Assembly (NCBI GenBank): GCA_000331975.1
Contig: CP003263.1
Coordinates: 60,001 to 92,000 of the forward strand
Length of the DNA stretch: 32,000 nucleotides
Direction of reading: 5' to 3'
Source: Candidatus Uzinura diaspidicola str. ASNER
GTDB taxonomy: Bacteria; Bacteroidota; Bacteroidia; Flavobacteriales; Blattabacteriaceae
Of the stretch, positions 17,736 to 26,897 are shown one piece after another. Below the pieces are notes generated by a model that was given only the letters and a program-made list of their open reading frames with translations, had not been told where the DNA came from and made no database searches. Within the stretch, counting starts at the first letter, position 1. Each line of letters starts with the position of its first letter. The position numbers were made by a program, and so were the translations under genes.

Positions 17736-18797
17736 ATGTCAGGTAATAGCTTTGGAAAAATTTTCACACTTAAAACTTATGGAGAAAGTCATGGGAGAAT
17801 GATAGGGGGTATTATAGATGGGTGTCCGTCAGGATTAAAGTTAAATCTTAAAAAGATCCAGAAAGAATTAAATAGAAGAAAACCAGGTCAATCTAATATA
17901 GTAACTCAACGAAAAGAGGATGATAAAGTTTCTTTGTTATCAGGTATTTTAGATGGAGTTACTACAGGTACGCCAATAGGCTTTTCTATTGAAAATCTAA
18001 ACTATAAAGAGAATGATTATCATCATATTCATAAAGTTTATAGGCCTTCTCATGCAGACTTTGTATATGAAAAAAAATATGGTATTAGAGATTATAGAGG
18101 AGGAGGTAGGTCATCAGCGAGAGAGACAGCGACTCGTGTAGTAGCTGGGGCAATTGCGAAACAATTGATTAAAGGTATTAAGATTACTGCTTTTGTGTCT
18201 TCTGTAGGTTCCATTCACCTTAATAAGCCTTATCATAAACTTAATTTATATTGTCTGGAGGATACGCCAGTTCGTTGTCCAGATCCGCTAGTAGCAGGAA
18301 AAATGATTGAACAAATTAAAATTATTCGTAAAGCAGGGGATACTTTAGGTGGAGTAATAAGCTGTATAATACAGGGAGTACCTGTTGGACTAGGAAGACC
18401 TATTTTTAATAAGCTCCATGCTGATCTAGGGGAAGCTATGTTGTCTATAAATGCGGTAAAAGGGTTTGAATATGGTAGTGGGTTTTCTAGTGTGCAGATG
18501 CGTGGATCTGCACATAATGATATTTTTAATGCTAACGAAACTACTAAAACAAATTTTTCAGGGGGTATCCAAGGTGGATTATCTAATGGAATGGATATCT
18601 ATTTTAGAGTGGCTTTCAAACCTATCGCTACTATTATGCGAAAGCAAAATAGTATTGATATCAAAGGTAAAATTTCTTATCTAGAAGGTAGAGGGAGGCA
18701 TGATCCTTGTGTAGTGCCAAGAGCAGTTCCAATCGTAGAAGCAATGACAGCCCTTGTAATTGCTGATCATTGGTTATTGAATAAGATAATTTTTTAA
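17736..18797 (+). CDS. aroC: Chorismate synthase
   Basis: 353-aa ORF containing [31 protein letters not shown] and [13 protein letters not shown], which are all chorismate synthase signatures. Confidence 0.96.
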   Translation: MSGNSFGKIFTLKTYGESHGRMIGGIIDGCPSGLKLNLKKIQKELNRRKPGQSNIVTQRKEDDKVSLLSGILDGVTTGTPIGFSIENLNYKENDYHHIHKVYRPSHADFVYEKKYGIRDYRGGGRSSARETATRVVAGAIAKQLIKGIKITAFVSSVGSIHLNKPYHKLNLYCLEDTPVRCPDPLVAGKMIEQIKIIRKAGDTLGGVISCIIQGVPVGLGRPIFNKLHADLGEAMLSINAVKGFEYGSGFSSVQMRGSAHNDIFNANETTKTNFSGGIQGGLSNGMDIYFRVAFKPIATIMRKQNSIDIKGKISYLEGRGRHDPCVVPRAVPIVEAMTALVIADHWLLNKIIF

Positions 18798-18799
18798 AA

Positions 18800-19633
18800 A
18801 TACCTATCCTTTTACCTATTTTAGGTCCTACAAATGTAGGAAAAACTAGAGTTTCTTTGTTATTAGCTGAAATATTTAATACAGAGATATTATCATGTGA
18901 TGCACGCCAATTTTATAGAGAGATTAGTATAGGAACTGCTGCTCCTAATAGACAAATATTAGATAATATACAGCATCATTTTATAGGACATTTAACAATT
19001 TGGAGTCGTTATAGTGTAGGTGATTATCAAAAAGATGCTTTTAAAAAACTTAATGAACTTTTTACCCGTCTTCCTATAGTTTTAATAGTAGGTGGGTCTG
19101 GGTTATATGGAAAAGTAATTACATCTGGGATAGATTATCTACCATTTATTTCTAAAGAAGAAAGTAGAGATTTACATATCAAAATTTCATTTCAGGAAGA
19201 CCTAAAAAAAAAATTCTTTGAGCCTAGCAATTATCATAGATTTCTTCGTTCACTTGAGGTTCTAAAATATTCTAATAGATATTTTTCTTCCTATCATAAC
19301 ATCACAAAAAATCATTACTTTTATTTAATGAAAATTGGTCTTAATTTTTCTAGAGATGATTTATATGATCGTATAAATCATCGTATAGAATCGATGCTGA
19401 AATTTGGCTTTCTAGAAGAAGCACAAGAGTGTTATTATTATAGAAATTTAAACGCACTACAAACTATAGCTTATAATGATATTTTTAATTACTTTGATGG
19501 TAAAATAAGTATTGAGAAAGCTATAGAAGAAATAAAAAAAAATACAAGACGTTATGCTAAAAGACAAGTTACATGGTATAAAAAGAAAAAAAATTGCAAT
19601 GGTTCCTTTCTTATAAGGAAAATGAAATTATAG
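18800..19633 (+). CDS. miaA: tRNA dimethylallyltransferase; 5' end uncertain (no ATG/GTG/TTG upstream of the P-loop)
   Basis: The track ORF (TTG at 18857) begins LLAEIFNTEILSCDARQFYREISIGTAAP. The same frame is open back to 18785 and encodes [24 protein letters not shown], which includes the MiaA P-loop GPTxxGKT. The only start-like codons before the P-loop are ATA (18800), ATC (18806) and ATT (18818). Confidence 0.8.
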   Translation: MPILLPILGPTNVGKTRVSLLLAEIFNTEILSCDARQFYREISIGTAAPNRQILDNIQHHFIGHLTIWSRYSVGDYQKDAFKKLNELFTRLPIVLIVGGSGLYGKVITSGIDYLPFISKEESRDLHIKISFQEDLKKKFFEPSNYHRFLRSLEVLKYSNRYFSSYHNITKNHYFYLMKIGLNFSRDDLYDRINHRIESMLKFGFLEEAQECYYYRNLNALQTIAYNDIFNYFDGKISIEKAIEEIKKNTRRYAKRQVTWYKKKKNCNGSFLIRKMKL

Positions 19634-19731
19634 AAAATGTTAAAAAAAAACTAGCTTCCATAAGCTACAAAATGTCTTAAATTTTTGTGGTATTTACTTT
19701 TATGTTTTTTTATTTTTATATTCATTATTTT

Positions 19732-21588
19732 ATGGCTAAAGGCACAATACATGTAACGGCAGAGAATATTTTTCCAATAATAAAAAAGTTTTTATATTCT
19801 GATAAAGAAATCTTTTTAAGAGAAATCATTTCTAATGCTATTGATGCCACCTTAAAATTTAAAAAGCTTTTTCAATTAGGTGAAGCAGGTGAAGCAAAAG
19901 AAGAAATTACAGAGACAAAAATAGAGATAAAAATAAATAAAAAAGAAAAAACTCTTCATATTATTGATGAAGGGATTGGAATGAGTATTAAAGAGATAGA
20001 TAAGTATATTAATAAAATTGCTTTTTCAGGTGCTGAAGAGTTCATTTCTAAATATAAAGATCAAGAAATCATCGGGCATTTTGGGTTAGGGTTTTATTCA
20101 GCTTTCATGGTATCAGATAAAGTAGAAATTTTTAGTAAATCTTATATAAAAGATATTCCTCCTGCTTATTGGTGTTCTAGCGGAACGCCAATATTTATTT
20201 TAGAAGAAGGAAACAAAAAAGAACGTGGAACAGAAATTGTTCTTCATATAAATAAAGATTCCAAGGAATTTCTTGATGCCTCTAGAATTCATATGCTACT
20301 TAAGAAATATTGTAAATATATGCCCGTACCTATTAAATTTGGAGATAGTGAAGAAAAAGAGACAAAGATTAAGGATGATAATATCATCAATGATCCAACT
20401 CCTGTTTGGACGAAAAACCCACTCTTTCTTAAAGAAAAAGATTATAAGGATTTCTACTCAAAGATTTTTCCTACTGAATTAGATGGTCCATTATTTTGGA
20501 TTCATCTAAATATTGAACATCCTTTTCACTTAACTGGTATTCTTTATTTTCCTAAACTAAAAAATCAGATAGAAATTCATAAAAAAAAAATACACCTTTA
20601 TAAAAATCAAGTCTTTGTTACTGACAATGTAGAGGGTATTGTTCCAGAATTTTTACATTTATTGCGAGGTATTATTGATTCACCAGATATTCCTCTTAAT
20701 GTTTCTCGTTCAAATTTACAGGCTGATGAAGCTGTAAAAAAAATATCTGGCTATATTATTAGAAAAGTAGCAGAGAAATTCTCTAGTATTATTAATAATA
20801 ATAGAGCCCTTTTTGAAAAGAAATGGGAAGATATTAAAATAATTATTGAGCATGGAATGCTTAGTGAAGAAAAATTCTTTCGAAAGGCCAATGATTTCTT
20901 TCTATATTCTACTGTTGATGGTAGATATTTTACGTTTGATGAGTTTACTGAGAAAATAAGAGTAACACATAAAAATAAAGAAAATAATAAACTCATCTAC
21001 TTATATTCTTCAAATAAAGAAACGCAACATAGTTATATAAAGATAGCTAAAGATAAATCTTATGAAGTATTATTACTAGATAGTCCTTTATCACCTCATT
21101 TGATTCAGAAACTAGAAGTTAATCATAAAGATATTTTTTTTACTCGTGTAGATTCAGATACGATAGAAAACCTATTTAAAAGAGAAGAGATAACTATTTC
21201 AAAACTATCTGAAAATGAAAAAGAAATTCTTAAAAAGATATTATCGAAAACTTTAGATACGCATAAATTTAGGCTTTTTTTGGAAAATCTAGAAAGTAGA
21301 TCATTTCCTTTTATTATTACTAATCCTGAATTTATGCGTAGGATGAAAGATATGAGTAAAACTGGAGTATCTAAGAATACAGAAACTTTACCAGATGTTT
21401 ACCATTTAAAGGTAAATATAAATAATGAATTTATAAGAAAAATATTAAAAGAATCTAATCCTTATTTGCAAAATCAAATGATAGAAAAATCACTTTATTT
21501 AGCTATGCTTTCAAAGAATATTTTAGCTGGAGAAGCTCTTAGTAAGTTTGTAGCTAGATCATTTAATGAATTACTTTATCATCAGTAA
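19732..21588 (+). CDS. htpG: Molecular chaperone HtpG (Hsp90 family)
   Basis: MAKGTIHVTAENIFPIIKKFLYSDKEIFLREIISNAIDA, IGHFGLGFYSAFMV and LLRGIIDSPDIPLNVSR. Start moved to the ATG at 19732. The track's GTG at 19687 adds a non-homologous 15-aa F/Y-rich leader. Confidence 0.95.
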   Translation: MAKGTIHVTAENIFPIIKKFLYSDKEIFLREIISNAIDATLKFKKLFQLGEAGEAKEEITETKIEIKINKKEKTLHIIDEGIGMSIKEIDKYINKIAFSGAEEFISKYKDQEIIGHFGLGFYSAFMVSDKVEIFSKSYIKDIPPAYWCSSGTPIFILEEGNKKERGTEIVLHINKDSKEFLDASRIHMLLKKYCKYMPVPIKFGDSEEKETKIKDDNIINDPTPVWTKNPLFLKEKDYKDFYSKIFPTELDGPLFWIHLNIEHPFHLTGILYFPKLKNQIEIHKKKIHLYKNQVFVTDNVEGIVPEFLHLLRGIIDSPDIPLNVSRSNLQADEAVKKISGYIIRKVAEKFSSIINNNRALFEKKWEDIKIIIEHGMLSEEKFFRKANDFFLYSTVDGRYFTFDEFTEKIRVTHKNKENNKLIYLYSSNKETQHSYIKIAKDKSYEVLLLDSPLSPHLIQKLEVNHKDIFFTRVDSDTIENLFKREEITISKLSENEKEILKKILSKTLDTHKFRLFLENLESRSFPFIITNPEFMRRMKDMSKTGVSKNTETLPDVYHLKVNINNEFIRKILKESNPYLQNQMIEKSLYLAMLSKNILAGEALSKFVARSFNELLYHQ

Positions 21589-21598
21589 AAAACTTTTT

Positions 21599-21687
21599 GG
21601 AGAGATGGCAGAGTTTGGATTAACGCGGTGGTCTTGAAAACCAATGAAGGAGAAATTCTTCCGGGGGTTCGAATCCCTCTCTCTCCG
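21599..21687 (+). tRNA. tRNA-Ser (anticodon UGA), class II with a long variable arm
   Basis: Acceptor GGAGAGA/TCTCTCC with discriminator G. U8, A14 and GG are in the D loop. Anticodon loop is CTTGAAA. The long variable arm is TGAAGGAGAAATTCTTCC. T arm is GGGGG-TTCGAAT-CCCTC. CCA is not encoded. Confidence 0.88.
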
Positions 21688-21867
21688 CATTATACTTTTA
21701 TCTATATGTTTTTTTATAATTATCATAAGTAAAATACCAGAATATACCCTTCAATAGAAGATGGAATAAGATATTTGAAAAATAATAGGGGAAGTATGTG
21801 ATCAAATAGGGGATTTAAAAGATATAAGCATAGTAAGAAATAGAGGAAGGATTAAAGGTGATATATA

Positions 21868-23241
21868 TTATATTCTCAGTCCAAGATGTATTCTTTGATG
21901 TTCTACATCCATTTCTAATACTATTGTTTCTATAATATCTCCTACTCCTAACTTGAAATTAGTATATGACAAATCTGAATTATGAATCATTCCATCGATT
22001 CCTTCTTCGAGTTCTACAAAAACCCCATATTCAGTGACATGCCTAATAGTGCCTGTATGAATTGAACCTTTCTTATATTTCTCCTGAATTTCAAGCCAAG
22101 GATTCTTTGTTAGTTCTTTTACTCCCAAAGACATTTTTTTTTCTTTACGATCTAGTGTAAGAATAACGCCTTCTACTACATCGTCTATTTTAATAAAGTC
22201 TTTGGCCAGCCTTAATTGGTTAGACCATGATATTTCAGAAACATGAAGAAGAGCTTCAACACCTGGATGATTTTCAATTTCTACAAAAGCCCCATATTCA
22301 GTGATAGCTATTACCTTACCTTTTATTTTATTTCCTATTTTTAGATTTTTATCTAGTGATATCCATGGATTAGGTAAAAGATGTTTTATTCCTAGTTGAA
22401 TACGGTTTTTATCCTCATTAAAATCAAGAATAACTACCTTTACCTTTTCGTTAATTTTAAGTACATCTGAAGGATGATTTATCCTTTTCCAAGAAATATC
22501 ACTATTATGTACTAATCCATCTATACCTCCCAGATCGCAGAAAGCACCATAAGAAGTTATATTTTTTACTTTTGCTATGATTATTTGTCCTGGTTGAAGT
22601 TCAGAAATAAACTTTTTCTTTTGTTTTTCTATCTCATCTTCTATTAAAGCTTTGTGAGAAACAACAATATTTTTATATTCATTATTTATTTTTAATATTT
22701 TAAATTCCATATACTTATTATAAACTTCACTATAAAAATTATCAAAGTTATAAAGGGGTTTTGGATCAATTTGAGATCCAGGCATGAAAGCTTCTATATG
22801 CTCAAGTATTCTTACTATCATTCCACCTTTTGTACGACCAATTACTTTTCCAGTAATAATTTCTCTATTTTTATAAGCTTCTTTAGCACGTTCCCATGAA
22901 CGTCTTATCTTTGCTTTACGATTAGAAAGTAAAAGTTGACCTTTATATATTTTTTCTACCATTACATCGATAGTATCTCCTACTTTTATGTTTTTTTTAT
23001 TTCTAAATTCATTAATAGAAATAATTCCTTCATATTTAAAATGAATATCAACAATAATTTCTTTATCTAGAATTTTTGTTATTACTCCTCTCAATATTTC
23101 ATATTGATTAATAGTATTAATACTTACCTCTTTATAAAAATCTTTTATATGATCTTCTTTTTGATGATCTTCATATGCATTCCAATTAAATATATCTGTG
23201 GAAACATTTGCATTAATAAATTGGTTTGTTTTTTCAAACAT
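21868..23241 (-). CDS. rpsA: 30S ribosomal protein S1 (five S1 domains)
   Basis: 457-aa ORF with five recognisable S1/OB repeats, for example AKVKNITSYGAFCDLGGIDGLVHNSDISW, GKVIAITEYGAFVEIENHPGVEALLHVSEISW and GTIRHVTEYGVFVELEEGIDGMIHNSDLS. Confidence 0.93.
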   Translation of the reverse strand: MFEKTNQFINANVSTDIFNWNAYEDHQKEDHIKDFYKEVSINTINQYEILRGVITKILDKEIIVDIHFKYEGIISINEFRNKKNIKVGDTIDVMVEKIYKGQLLLSNRKAKIRRSWERAKEAYKNREIITGKVIGRTKGGMIVRILEHIEAFMPGSQIDPKPLYNFDNFYSEVYNKYMEFKILKINNEYKNIVVSHKALIEDEIEKQKKKFISELQPGQIIIAKVKNITSYGAFCDLGGIDGLVHNSDISWKRINHPSDVLKINEKVKVVILDFNEDKNRIQLGIKHLLPNPWISLDKNLKIGNKIKGKVIAITEYGAFVEIENHPGVEALLHVSEISWSNQLRLAKDFIKIDDVVEGVILTLDRKEKKMSLGVKELTKNPWLEIQEKYKKGSIHTGTIRHVTEYGVFVELEEGIDGMIHNSDLSYTNFKLGVGDIIETIVLEMDVEHQRIHLGLRI

Positions 23242-23280
23242 GACTATGAGAAAGTTTTGTATATAGAAAACAGTTAATAG

Positions 23281-23346
23281 GGAGTCGGGGTACAGTATTT
23301 GAAGCTACTACACACGATTCCCAGTCACTTAGCGGTAAGCGGCTCC
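23281..23346. other. G+C-rich (about half G+C by hand count) structured segment of unknown identity, abutting tRNA-Asn
   Basis: Sequence is GGAGTCGGGGTACAGTATTTGAAGCTACTACACACGATTCCCAGTCACTTAGCGGTAAGCGGCTCC. The terminal 7-nt arms GGAGTCG/CGGCTCC can pair. An internal hairpin CTTA-GCGG-TAAG is present, and the minus strand carries a TTCAAAT T-loop-like motif. It fits no tRNA cloverleaf and no SRP, tmRNA, RNase P or 5S motif I know. Confidence 0.3.
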
Positions 23347-23417
23347 CCAAACAGGATTCGGACCTGTGACACTTTGATTAACAGTCAAATGCTCTAACCA
23401 AACTGAGCTATTAGGGA
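23343..23417 (-). tRNA. tRNA-Asn (anticodon GUU)
   Basis: The reverse complement reads TCCCTAA-TA-GCTC-AGTTTGGTTA-GAGC-A-TTTGA-CTGTTAA-TCAAA-GTGTC-ACAGG-TCCGAAT-CCTGT-TTGGGGA-G. This is a canonical 75-nt cloverleaf. Confidence 0.9.
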
Positions 23418-23496
23418 TGACTATCAAATATAATTCTTTATTTTAATTTCAACTAAGTATAGTCACCTATATAAAAAAAATCATATTTTTAATATT

Positions 23497-24480
23497 ATGT
23501 TTAAAAAAAATACTCTTTCTTCCAATAAAGAAATTAAATGGTGCCCAAGTTGTGGCAACTACTCTATTTTAAAACAGGTTCAAGTGATTTTACCTGAAAT
23601 AGGTATATTAAAAGAGAATATTGTTTTTGTATCTGGTATTGGGTGTTCTTCACGATTTCCTTACTATATAAATAATTTCGGGTTACATGGGATTCATGGA
23701 AGAGCACCATCAATTGGGACTGGTATTAAATTGGCAAACCCAAAATTAAGTGTTTGGATTATTACAGGAGATGGTGATTCTTTTTCTATCGGTGGAAATC
23801 ACATTATACATTTATTTAGAAGAAATATTAATATGAACGTATTACTATTTAATAATGAGATTTATGGATTGACCAAGGGTCAATATTCTCCTACTTCTAG
23901 ATTAGGATTGATTACAAAATCTTCCAATATAGGAACTATTGATCCTCCCTTCAATACTTTAAGTCTTGCATTGGGAGCAGGAGCTAGCTTTGTAGCACGT
24001 TCGATGGATAAATACCCTAAGCATCTTCGTGAAATACTATTAAAGGCTTCTCTCCATAATGGAACATCTTTTATAGAGATATATCAAAATTGCAATATTT
24101 TTAATGATAAAGCATTTAATATTTTCAAAGAAAAGAAAGATCATACTATTTTTCTTCATCATAAAAAGCCATTGATTTTTGGAGATAAAAATCAATGGGG
24201 TATTCGGCTTGATGGGTTACAACCGGAGATTGTCTCTCTAGATTCTTCAATGGATTTATGGATTCACGACGAAAAAGATCGTACAAAAGCAGGTCTTTTA
24301 GCAAGATTTTTTGATGATTATTTTGTTCACAATAAATTTCCTCGTCCCTTTGGGATTCTTTATCGAAAAGATTTACCAACTTATGATTCACTTTTTCATG
24401 AACATATATCTTTTAAAGAAAATATCTTTAAAAGATTAGAACTGATTCTTAAAGGTAATGATACGTGGGAAATAAAATAA
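23497..24480 (+). CDS. korB: 2-oxoglutarate:ferredoxin oxidoreductase, beta (TPP-binding) subunit
   Basis: 327-aa ORF containing WCPSCGNYSIL, SGIGCSSRFPYY, HGIHGRAPS, ITGDGDSFSIGGNH and IYGLTKGQYSPTS. Confidence 0.9.
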   Translation: MFKKNTLSSNKEIKWCPSCGNYSILKQVQVILPEIGILKENIVFVSGIGCSSRFPYYINNFGLHGIHGRAPSIGTGIKLANPKLSVWIITGDGDSFSIGGNHIIHLFRRNINMNVLLFNNEIYGLTKGQYSPTSRLGLITKSSNIGTIDPPFNTLSLALGAGASFVARSMDKYPKHLREILLKASLHNGTSFIEIYQNCNIFNDKAFNIFKEKKDHTIFLHHKKPLIFGDKNQWGIRLDGLQPEIVSLDSSMDLWIHDEKDRTKAGLLARFFDDYFVHNKFPRPFGILYRKDLPTYDSLFHEHISFKENIFKRLELILKGNDTWEIK

Positions 24481-24485
24481 TATAA

Positions 24486-24561
24486 GACGCCGTGCCCGAG
24501 TTGGTAAAGGGGGAAGTCTGCAAAACTTTTAATAATGGTTCAAATCCGTTCGGCGTCTCCA
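24486..24561 (+). tRNA. tRNA-Cys (anticodon GCA), CCA encoded
   Basis: Acceptor GACGCCG/CGGCGTC. Anticodon arm is GAAGT-CTGCAAA-ACTTT. T arm is AATGG-TTCAAAT-CCGTT. The discriminator U is as expected for Cys and is followed by CCA. Confidence 0.88.
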
Positions 24562-24635
24562 TATAAATTTTTATCTCCTTAGTTGTTTTTTAGATATTTT
24601 CTCACTGTTTTAAATAGTACGCCATCATAAGATGT

Positions 24636-25052
24636 ATGATCTTTTATTTTTGGGAAACCTATTTTAAATTAGACTACGAAAAATTATTAAATAATTGGAT
24701 TATTTCTATCATAGAACATGAAAATGGAATTTTAGGAGAAATAAATTATATTTATTGTAATGATGATCATTTATTAATGATAAATAAAAAATATCTTAAT
24801 CATGATTTTTATACTGATGTAATTACATTTAACTATGTTAGATACACAAAAATTTCTGGTGATATTTTTATAAGTATAGATAGAGTAAAAGAAAATGCTT
24901 TAAAGTGGGGGGTTTCGTTTGAAAAAGAACTTTATCGCATAATGATTCATGGAGTCTTACATTTATTGTCCTATAATGATAAATTTATTATGCAAGATAA
25001 AGAGAACTTTTATTTAGATTTACTTTTTTTTAAATTTAAAAATGTTTTATGA
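24636..25052 (+). CDS. ybeY: rRNA maturation endoribonuclease YbeY
   Basis: 138-aa ORF. The metal-site motif IHGVLHLLSYND is the bacteroidete-style HGxLHLxxYxD variant. Confidence 0.85.
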   Translation: MIFYFWETYFKLDYEKLLNNWIISIIEHENGILGEINYIYCNDDHLLMINKKYLNHDFYTDVITFNYVRYTKISGDIFISIDRVKENALKWGVSFEKELYRIMIHGVLHLLSYNDKFIMQDKENFYLDLLFFKFKNVL

Positions 25053-26875
25053 TGTTTTATGATGTTATTGTAGTAGGTGGGGGGCATGCAGGGGCTGAAG
25101 CAGCTGCTGCATCAGCTAGAATGGGATCTAGCGTATTACTTATAACTATGAATCTCCACACTATTGGAGAAATGTCTTGTAACCCATCAATAGGAGGAAT
25201 TGCTACTGGACAAATTGTTAGAGAAATTGATGCTTTAGGCGGATTCTCTGGAATTATTGCTGATCACACAATGATTCAGTTTCGCATGTTGAATCGCTCA
25301 AAAGGTCCAGCAATGTGGAGTCCGCGAGCGCAATTAGACCGTTTACGGTTTTCTGATAATTGGCGTATGGTCTTAGAAAGTATTCCAAATATCTCTTTTT
25401 GTCAAGACTCTGTCGTTGAACTTTTGATTCTAAATGAAAAAGTATACGGGGTAAAAACAATGCTTGGCGTAGAAATTAAAAGTAAAGCTGTAATATTAAC
25501 TAATGGAACTTTTCTGAATGGCTTTATTCATATTGGAGAAAAAAAAATTAGTGGGGGGCGTATTTCTGAAAAATCTACTACAGGACTTTCATCACAGCTA
25601 AAAAGTTTAGGGTTTGATGTTGGTAGGATGAAAACAGGAACTTCACCTAGAGTTGATGGTAGGTCATTAAATTATTCTGAAATGGTCGAACAACCTGGTG
25701 ATGATTATCCTAAAAAATTTTCTTACCTAGATACTCCTCCTTTAGTAAATCAATATAGTTGTTATATTACTTATACTTCTGAAAAAGTACACGAAATATT
25801 AAGATCTGGGTTTGATCGTTCTCCGAACTTCAATGGTTCTATCAATAGTAAAGGTCCACGTTATTGTCCTTCTATTGAAGATAAGATTTATAGATTCTCT
25901 GACCGTGCTCGTCATCAAATTTTCGCTGAACCAGAGGGGTTAAATACAACGGAGGTATATGTAAATGGTTTTTCTACTTCTCTTCCTCAAGAATTTCAAT
26001 TTGATGCTTTGCATCAAATTCCTGGGTTTGAACAAGCTAAAATATTAAAACCAGGATATGCTATAGAATATGATTATTTTTCTCCTCTTCAGTTAAATCA
26101 CTCCTTAGAAACAAAAAAAATAAAAAATTTGTTTTTTTCAGGGCAAATAAATGGCACTACCGGATATGAAGTGGCAGCGGCACAAGGACTAATTGCTGGC
26201 ATAAATGCGCATTTAAAAATTCATGGAAAAGCTCCTTTTGTTCTTCTACGCAATGAAGCTTATATTGGAGTATTAATTGATGATCTAGTCACTAAAGGTA
26301 CTGATGAACCATATCGCATGTTTACTGCTAGAGCAGAATATAGAATTTTGCTTCGCCAGGATAATGCAGATGAACGTCTTACTCCATCTGCTATTGATTT
26401 AGGATTAGTAGAAAATAACAGATTAAAAAAGCTTGAAGAAAAACTAAATAAAGTAGAGAAATGTGTAAGTTATTTAAATAGAGAAATAAGAACACTAAAT
26501 AAAATTACTCAACCAACTAGAATAGCAACATTACTTTCTAGACCAGAAATTTCCTACGAAGATTTATTTTTTCTACCAGAAATAAAAGAATATGGTAAAT
26601 ATAATAAACTAAAGGAAGAAGAATGGCAGCAAGTTTCTATACTAATTAAATATAAAGCTTATATAGAGCGTGAAAGAGAAATGGCTATTAATCTAATACG
26701 TCTTGAAAAGATTCGTCTTCCTAAGTTTTTTGATTATAAAAAAATACAGGCTCTATCTGTAGAAGCACAAGAAAAACTTAATACACATTTTCCCAGTTCT
26801 ATTGGACAAGCTTCTAGGATAAGTGGAATATCTCCTTCTGACATTAATACACTTCTTATTTACATGAAGAGATAG
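25049..26875 (+). CDS. mnmG: tRNA uridine 5-carboxymethylaminomethyl modification enzyme MnmG (GidA)
   Basis: 608-aa ORF. FAD-binding N-terminus is YDVIVVGGGHAGAEAA. Also contains SCNPSIGG, GPRYCPSIEDK and GQINGTTGYEVAAAQG. ATGA overlap with ybeY. Confidence 0.96.
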   Translation: MMFYDVIVVGGGHAGAEAAAASARMGSSVLLITMNLHTIGEMSCNPSIGGIATGQIVREIDALGGFSGIIADHTMIQFRMLNRSKGPAMWSPRAQLDRLRFSDNWRMVLESIPNISFCQDSVVELLILNEKVYGVKTMLGVEIKSKAVILTNGTFLNGFIHIGEKKISGGRISEKSTTGLSSQLKSLGFDVGRMKTGTSPRVDGRSLNYSEMVEQPGDDYPKKFSYLDTPPLVNQYSCYITYTSEKVHEILRSGFDRSPNFNGSINSKGPRYCPSIEDKIYRFSDRARHQIFAEPEGLNTTEVYVNGFSTSLPQEFQFDALHQIPGFEQAKILKPGYAIEYDYFSPLQLNHSLETKKIKNLFFSGQINGTTGYEVAAAQGLIAGINAHLKIHGKAPFVLLRNEAYIGVLIDDLVTKGTDEPYRMFTARAEYRILLRQDNADERLTPSAIDLGLVENNRLKKLEEKLNKVEKCVSYLNREIRTLNKITQPTRIATLLSRPEISYEDLFFLPEIKEYGKYNKLKEEEWQQVSILIKYKAYIEREREMAINLIRLEKIRLPKFFDYKKIQALSVEAQEKLNTHFPSSIGQASRISGISPSDINTLLIYMKR

Positions 26876-26897
26876 CAGCATTAGCTGCTTTCTTTAT
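26874..26897. terminator. Candidate bidirectional terminator hairpin between convergent mnmG and leuS
   Basis: AGCAGC-ATTA-GCTGCT, a perfect 6-bp G+C-rich stem (26874-26889). It starts inside the mnmG stop codon and is followed by TTCTTTAT. It lies in the 18-nt gap before the leuS stop (26894-26896). Confidence 0.4.

Noticed and set aside
19643-19667. Hairpin TAGCTT-CCAT-AAGCTA after the miaA stop, preceded by A9, considered as a terminator.
   Set aside because: On the + strand no T-run follows the stem. The hairpin-plus-T9 geometry exists only on the minus strand, where no gene ends. The stem is short and AT-rich, so chance is a sufficient explanation.
23281-23346. Identification of the G+C-rich segment as SRP (4.5S) RNA, tmRNA, RNase P RNA, 5S rRNA or a sixth tRNA.
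   Set aside because: There is no GGAAGCAGC or GNAR domain-IV motif, no tmRNA or RNase P conserved blocks, and the available space is too short. On the + strand U8 and a T loop are missing. On the minus strand the T stem does not pair and four extra nucleotides precede the acceptor. It is kept only as an unidentified element.
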